From assembly GCF_018336915.1 (NCBI RefSeq), contig NZ_CP064923.1, positions 4,503,871 through 4,527,870 of the forward strand: a stretch of DNA of 24,000 nucleotides, written 5' to 3'. Shown here in pieces: positions 19,853 to 24,000 of the stretch. The DNA comes from Acaryochloris marina S15 (GTDB lineage: Bacteria > Cyanobacteriota > Cyanobacteriia > Thermosynechococcales > Thermosynechococcaceae). Numbering within the stretch: the first letter of the stretch is position 1; every line of letters starts with the position of its first letter. The notes beneath the pieces were generated by a model. That model worked only from the letters and a program-made list of their open reading frames with translations. It was not told the origin of the DNA and did not search any database. A program made the position numbers and the translations under genes.

Positions 19853-20590
19853 TTAAGCGCTGGGCAATACATGGTTCAGCAAGGAAAAGACACCGAAAGC
19901 GATAAGAATAACGCCACTAGTGGGAGTAATCCAAGCAGACCATTGGCGAATAGCGAGAAATCGCTTGATCGCAGCCGTAAACGTACCTGCAATGACCAGC
20001 GGAGCGGTATAGCCTGCCGTGTACGACAATAACAAACCTCCCCCCAGTATAGGATCCTGGGTACTTGAGATCCAAGCCAGTAACGTCGCTAATACTGGGG
20101 TACTGCAGGGAGAAGCGACCAGACCAAAGGTAAGTCCCAAAAGGAAAGAGCGTACTCCTCTGGGTAGCTGATCAGAAATCAGTTCTACCCCCGAGAAGCT
20201 CGGTAATCGCAGCGGTAGGGCTTCCAGTAAATTGAGCCCCATAATGATTGCAACCAGGCTGACAACAATTGCCAGTCCAACACCAATTTGCCCATAAACC
20301 CGACCCAATAGGGCTGCGCCAATTCCCAAGCCTGCCAGAGTTGAAGCTAACCCTAAGCAGAACCAAATGGATTGAGCCATGGATTGCCAGCGGTTCTCTG
20401 TTTCATAGCCACCGATATACCCCACCGTAATGGGCAGCATCGATAACGTACAGGGGGTGAGACTAGTTAATAGGCCTGCCAAAAAGATGATGCCAACACT
20501 CAGAGCAGAAAGGTGAGAGAGTTGGGTCGAAACAATCGTATTAGCGAATTGTTCAAGGTGATAAAGCTGAATTTCCAGCGTTTCCAGCAT
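19853..20590 (-). CDS. ccdA: Cytochrome c-type biogenesis thiol-disulfide transporter CcdA (DsbD family)
   Basis: ORF 19853..20608 (TTG at 20608; I prefer the ATG at 20590, MLETLEIQLY...). It is polytopic with the two conserved Cys motifs LTSLTPCTLSMLP and LVASPCSTPVL. The gap to ccs1 is 36 bp. Confidence 0.88.
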   Translation of the reverse strand: MLETLEIQLYHLEQFANTIVSTQLSHLSALSVGIIFLAGLLTSLTPCTLSMLPITVGYIGGYETENRWQSMAQSIWFCLGLASTLAGLGIGAALLGRVYGQIGVGLAIVVSLVAIIMGLNLLEALPLRLPSFSGVELISDQLPRGVRSFLLGLTFGLVASPCSTPVLATLLAWISSTQDPILGGGLLLSYTAGYTAPLVIAGTFTAAIKRFLAIRQWSAWITPTSGVILIAFGVFSLLNHVLPSA

Positions 20591-20640
20591 AAGGAGAAGC
20601 TGCTTCAACGCAACTAACTATCAGGTGTTCGCTCTTGATC

Positions 20641-22092
20641 TTAACGAAGTCTGTGTTTTCGGCGTTGTTTTAGTCGTTGTTTTTTGGTAGACAGTACTGC
20701 TTTAGGATCTTTTTTTCTAGCAGATGCAAGGGCTACACCCTTTGATGAACGAAGTTTAGCAAGCATTCTGCGCCATAAAGAGGGCTGTTTCCGTTTGCGT
20801 ACTAACTTAAGCGGTCCTTTTTCCCCAGGATGAAGAGGAGTTTGAGGACCTGGTAATGCATTTGCAGAGGCACGGTGTCTAGCCGTTGCCACAGAAGAAT
20901 GATCGCCAACTAGTCGAATCAAAGAGGGGGACTCACCTTCGTGATGAGGAATAGCTACCACATCGGCACTTTGGCTCTCCCGAGCAGCCCGAATCAATAA
21001 ACCTGCGATCAATAAGCTAGAAATCATAGAATTTCCCCCATAACTAAACATGGGGAGAGGAAGACCAGTGGTTGGCAGTACGCCAATAACAACCCCGATA
21101 TTAATTAAGGCCTGACCAACTAGAAAAATCATGGCCCCAATGGCAACTAAACGCTGAATGACATGGGTAGATTTCATGGCCACCCGTAGAGCCAAAAAGC
21201 TATAAGTCCCCAACAACAATAAAAAGCAGAATCCGCCTAGTAGGCCAAATTCTTCTGCAAAGACCGCAAAGATAAAATCCGTATGCTGGATGGGTAAATA
21301 AGAAAGCTTCAGTTGTGATTCACCAAAGCCAACACCCAGAATGCCCCCTGAACCAACGGCTAACAAGCTCTGATGGAGCTGAAAACCATCGCCAAGAGCA
21401 TCGGCCCAAGGGTTCAAGAAGGACAGAATCCGACTCAGCTGATATGGGTTCCGAAAAATACTGATCGCCGCTAAACCTATCCCTGCCAAAGCCGTTAACA
21501 AAAGGGACTGGTATCGTAATCCCGCTGCCAAGGCAATCAACCAAAGGGTCATACCACATAGGGCCGTAGTGCTGAGATTGGGTTGTATCAATATTCCTAA
21601 AAGGGTCAGGGCAAACAGAGACAACCACCATAGTCGCTCACCCAGGGTTAGCCGAGACCAGCGATTAAAAATATAAGCACTCTGAAGGATCAAGAATGGT
21701 TTGATTAATTCGGAAGGCTGGAGTGGAAAGGGACCAATATCAATCCACCGGGTCGCACCATTAATGGTTATCCCTAGACCTGGAATTTTTGTGGCAAAAA
21801 TCAATATCAGAAACAGAAAGAATCCAAATGCAGAGACTTTCATGAGTTTTTGTAAGGGAATGTGAATAACCGCACAAAATCCCAACAGTCCCAAAATCAC
21901 CCCTAAAAGTTGGCGCTTGGAATAGTAGAGGCCATCTCCAGATTCAATCGCCCCCGCATGATAGGAAGCCGAGAATAGGACGACAAGACCAATTCCTAAC
22001 CAAAAGAGGGTTAGCCAATGAAGAAATCGGGCTTCGGCAGCCCATTCTTCTGTTGAGTATGGGAGGGAGGGAATGAGGCGACGTATCTTCAC
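20641..22092 (-). CDS. ftsW: SEDS-family cell division protein FtsW with a long basic C-terminal extension
   Basis: 483 aa with a GTG start at 22092. SEDS core motifs are present (EARFLHWLTLFWLGIGLVVLFSASY, QPSELIKP, HTDFIFAVFAEEFGLLG, GLPLPMFSYGGNS). About 113 additional residues follow the last TM segment (coding roughly 20644-20982). Confidence 0.85.
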   Translation of the reverse strand: MKIRRLIPSLPYSTEEWAAEARFLHWLTLFWLGIGLVVLFSASYHAGAIESGDGLYYSKRQLLGVILGLLGFCAVIHIPLQKLMKVSAFGFFLFLILIFATKIPGLGITINGATRWIDIGPFPLQPSELIKPFLILQSAYIFNRWSRLTLGERLWWLSLFALTLLGILIQPNLSTTALCGMTLWLIALAAGLRYQSLLLTALAGIGLAAISIFRNPYQLSRILSFLNPWADALGDGFQLHQSLLAVGSGGILGVGFGESQLKLSYLPIQHTDFIFAVFAEEFGLLGGFCFLLLLGTYSFLALRVAMKSTHVIQRLVAIGAMIFLVGQALINIGVVIGVLPTTGLPLPMFSYGGNSMISSLLIAGLLIRAARESQSADVVAIPHHEGESPSLIRLVGDHSSVATARHRASANALPGPQTPLHPGEKGPLKLVRKRKQPSLWRRMLAKLRSSKGVALASARKKDPKAVLSTKKQRLKQRRKHRLR

Positions 22093-22615
22093 AACCAGTA
22101 ATTCCCAGCGATAAGTCGAGGCCAGTATAGCAGACCTATCCAGGAATTGAAGGGGATTGATGATTAGCCCATCACATCAACGAATAGTCATCAATTCCAA
22201 AATTGTGGAATATCTATTGATCCTGATATCAGGATCAGCTAAAGATCTGACTTTTGAATAGGCTGAAACCTATTATTTGTCCATAAGAACATCTCGAAGA
22301 AAAGCCATGCTTGAACTGGGTAGATTTACCAGGGTTTTCAGCATCCCACTATTTCCTCCATAAGCTTCCAGACTCGACTGGACAATACTCATGCTCAAGT
22401 TTCATTGCTCCATTTCATCGGAGGATTACAACTATCAAGTAATAAGCCCTTTCATTTAAATTAGGTGCAATATCTCCAACTCTGGTCGATCTGGGAGTCC
22501 GGACGTCTCAGGATACAAGGCTATGGGGTGCTATATGACTTTAGGGAATCAACCTTTAGCCAACGGGAAACCAGTTCAGCTCTATCACGCGTAGCAGTCA
22601 CCGACCAGTCCTAAC

Positions 22616-23107
22616 TTACTGTTCGGGTAAAGCTTCCGTTTGAGAATGATCTAAGGGAATAGAGAGAACATCAACCTCCTGATTTAGCACCATTGTTGTA
22701 CTAGAATTACTGACAAATCCGATGTGCTCATAAAAACTCTGTTGATGAGTCGTGGTTAAGTAAATGCGTTCAACACGGTTCATCTGTGGATGCGCCAGCA
22801 GGGTCTGCACAAGCTGTCGCCCCAACCCTTGGCCACGATAGTCAGGGTGAATAACCACGTCCCACACCATTGCGCGATAAATACCATCTGATGTGGCTCG
22901 CGCAAACCCAATCAATTCTTCACGATCCCAGACACTAATAATGGGGTAACTATTTGCGATCGCAACCGCCCAATCCTCCAAGCAACGCTCTCCTGCCCAA
23001 AAGGCCCCCACCTGAAATAATCGCTGTAGCTTTCGCAATACGGAGACGTCAACCTTCTGGTCTGCCTCAGTTAATCCATCTCGGAACTGAATATGTCGAT
23101 TATCCAT
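22616..23107 (-). CDS. GNAT family N-acetyltransferase (possibly Ycf52/NSI-like)
   Basis: 163 aa with an ATG at 23107. The sequence LIGFARATSDGIYRAMVWDVVIHPDYRGQGLGRQLVQTLL is the acetyl-CoA binding Q/RxxGxG/A motif in the context I associate with the cyanobacterial and plastid Ycf52-type family. Confidence 0.85.
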   Translation of the reverse strand: MDNRHIQFRDGLTEADQKVDVSVLRKLQRLFQVGAFWAGERCLEDWAVAIANSYPIISVWDREELIGFARATSDGIYRAMVWDVVIHPDYRGQGLGRQLVQTLLAHPQMNRVERIYLTTTHQQSFYEHIGFVSNSSTTMVLNQEVDVLSIPLDHSQTEALPEQ

Positions 23108-23306
23108 AGCGATGATTATGTCTTAGAAATCTGAGAACCACAATGACGGTCATTTCCCTTGTCTAGACTGAAGAGTTAACCTACATCGGCGAGTGATAAG
23201 TAAATACGCTACAGTGTATAAGAAATATTTAACAAAAGTACACTGTTTTTTGTACTTCTTGATACAATAACCTCATGTCGTAACGCTTCATTGCAAGAGT
23301 CAAAGG

Positions 23307-23582
23307 ATGTTAAGGCAGAGTGGTAGGTTCATTTTATGTCCTTTGAGTGATTGTTTGTTTGGTATGGAGACCCCTGTGCAACTCAATTCACAGCCCCTTT
23401 CAAAAAACTCGAATCGAAGAGAAGACTTAAGTGAATATGTAGCTCATCTACAGCTCCATATGACCTTGCAAGCTCGGAACTTAGTTCCTACCTTGACTCG
23501 TCCTGAAGATAGCCGCGAGGAAATGCTTCAAGAAACTCAGGCTACCTTCGAGAAACATGTCTCTCGCCAAAGTGTTCAATAA
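23307..23582 (+). CDS. Hypothetical small protein (orphan ORF)
   Basis: 91-aa ORF (ATG at 23307; the alternative ATG at 23364 gives a 72-aa METPVQLNSQ...). I recognise no motifs. Coding status is supported only by ORF length in an AT-rich region and by a strong terminator 55 nt downstream. Confidence 0.35.
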   Translation: MLRQSGRFILCPLSDCLFGMETPVQLNSQPLSKNSNRREDLSEYVAHLQLHMTLQARNLVPTLTRPEDSREEMLQETQATFEKHVSRQSVQ

Positions 23583-23637
23583 CATAATTGGCAGCTTAAC
23601 GTTATAAACAACAAAATTTAATATATTTCAACTAACT

Positions 23638-23668
23638 AAAAGGAGTGTTAAGAAACACTCCTTTTTTG
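23638..23668 (+). terminator. Rho-independent terminator
   Basis: A perfect stem pairs AAAAGGAGTGTT with AACACTCCTTTT (core GGAGTGTT 23642-23649 with AACACTCC 23654-23661). The loop is AAGA and a T-run follows (23662-23667). An A-run upstream makes it potentially bidirectional. Confidence 0.8.
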
Positions 23669-23690
23669 TTGAGCCGACATTAATAAGAAA

Positions 23691-24000
23691 GGTCGTGCCT
23701 CAAGTAATTGTGGGTTGAGTATACTAGAGGCTCAGCTCAGCTTCTAACCTACCCATGCAATGCCCACTATGCGGTCATTCCAAAGCACACAAGCATGGCA
23801 AGATGCCCAACATGCTTCAACGATACCGTTGTCCTGAGTGCCAGCAGACCTTTACTGAACGCTTTGATACCCTTTACTATCGTCGTCAGGTGAGTCCAGA
23901 GCAGGTCCGACAAGTTCTCCAAGCCCATGCAGAAGGGAGTAGTCTTCGAGGTATCACTCGGACCAGTGGCCTGGCTTACAACACTGTAGTCTCTCTAGTA
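23691..24000 (+). mobile_element. IS1-family-like insertion sequence, left end (partial; runs off the window)
   Basis: A candidate terminal repeat starts with GGTCGTG at 23691. This fits the GGnnnTG terminus I recall for the IS1 family and lies 64 nt upstream of an InsA-like ORF. The right end is not in the window, so the boundaries are unverified. Confidence 0.45.
23755..24000 (+). CDS. IS1-like transposase N-terminal part (zinc ribbon plus HTH, InsA-like), truncated by the window edge
   Basis: My own translation from the ATG at 23755 gives MQCPLCGHSKAHKHGKMPNMLQRYRCPECQQTFTERFDTLYYRRQVSPEQVRQVLQAHAEGSSLRGITRTSGLAYNTVVSLV. That is 82 codons with no stop up to position 24000. A CxxC...CxxC zinc ribbon is followed by an HTH-like LRGITRTSGLAYNTV. 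The ORF is missing from the supplied track, which lists a different-frame ORF (23708..23893) instead. Confidence 0.7.
   Translation, partial: MQCPLCGHSKAHKHGKMPNMLQRYRCPECQQTFTERFDTLYYRRQVSPEQVRQVLQAHAEGSSLRGITRTSGLAYNTVVSLV

Noticed and set aside
22160-22392. Two short ORFs in the long ftsW upstream spacer: 33 aa on the plus strand (22160..22261, containing the palindrome) and 39 aa on the minus strand (22273..22392).
   Set aside because: There is no convincing Shine-Dalgarno sequence, no hydrophobic or cysteine pattern typical of small proteins, and the lengths are compatible with chance in AT-rich DNA.
22493-22504. GGGAGTCCGGAC, superficially reminiscent of the RNase P RNA GGAAAGUCCGGGC core.
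   Set aside because: Only a partial match. None of the other universally conserved RNase P, tmRNA or 6S elements are visible nearby.
23236-23257. GTAC/GTACA repeats considered as a cyanobacterial LexA box (RGTACNNNDGTWCB) or an NtcA site (GTA-N8-TAC).
   Set aside because: The spacing between the GTAC elements is 10-12 nt, which does not fit either consensus.
23708-23893. 61-aa plus-strand ORF listed in the track (MWVEYTRGSAQLL...).
   Set aside because: It is in a different frame from the zinc-ribbon/HTH transposase ORF that starts at 23755 and stays open to the window edge. The latter has clear family features and this one has none.
1-24000. A scan for CRISPR arrays, tRNA, rRNA or tmRNA genes, prophage or defence-system gene content, toxin-antitoxin pairs, and long direct repeats.
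   Set aside because: I saw no regularly spaced direct repeats, no tRNA T-loop/acceptor patterns in the intergenic regions, and no nuclease, helicase or methylase genes typical of defence islands. This was a manual inspection only, so short or degenerate elements could have been missed.

Overview
This window looks like a cyanobacterial chromosomal core region. Three things support that: (1) the HIP1 palindrome GCGATCGC occurs at least 8 times, (2) the System II cytochrome c maturation genes ccs1 and ccdA are present, and (3) there is a complete str operon. About 90% of the window is coding.

Gene content from left to right:
- Minus strand: a TPR protein cut by the left edge, a coiled-coil J-domain protein, and lnt.
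- Plus strand: a phasin-like coiled-coil protein and a secreted FKBP PPIase.
- Minus strand: a LON N-terminal-domain protein, then the str operon read as rpsL-rpsG-fusA-tuf-rpsJ, then ybaB, murB and murC.
- Plus strand: a TrmJ-like SpoU methyltransferase, a membrane-anchored class A beta-lactamase-fold protein, a stand-alone Hpt protein, obg, and a NarL/LuxR-type response regulator.
- Minus strand: the cluster ftsW-ccdA-ccs1 plus a small membrane protein, then a GNAT acetyltransferase.
- The last ~900 bp look accessory: an orphan small ORF with its own strong terminator, followed by the 5' end of an IS1-like element running off the right edge.

I found no CRISPR array, tRNA, rRNA, prophage or recognisable defence island. 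I cannot support a claim that a new multi-gene system is present.

The items most worth a second look are:
- a 523-bp ORF-free spacer upstream of ftsW that carries a perfect 20-bp palindrome;
- long lysine/arginine-rich disordered extensions on two envelope proteins (the FtsW C-terminus and the beta-lactamase-fold protein N-terminus);
- an atypical J-domain/TPR gene pair;
- a 10-bp inverted repeat at the str operon promoter;
- mutually exclusive hairpins upstream of the orphan ORF.

The supplied ORF track omits both edge-truncated genes (1-734 minus strand and 23755-24000 plus strand). It lists a wrong-frame decoy ORF over the second one.
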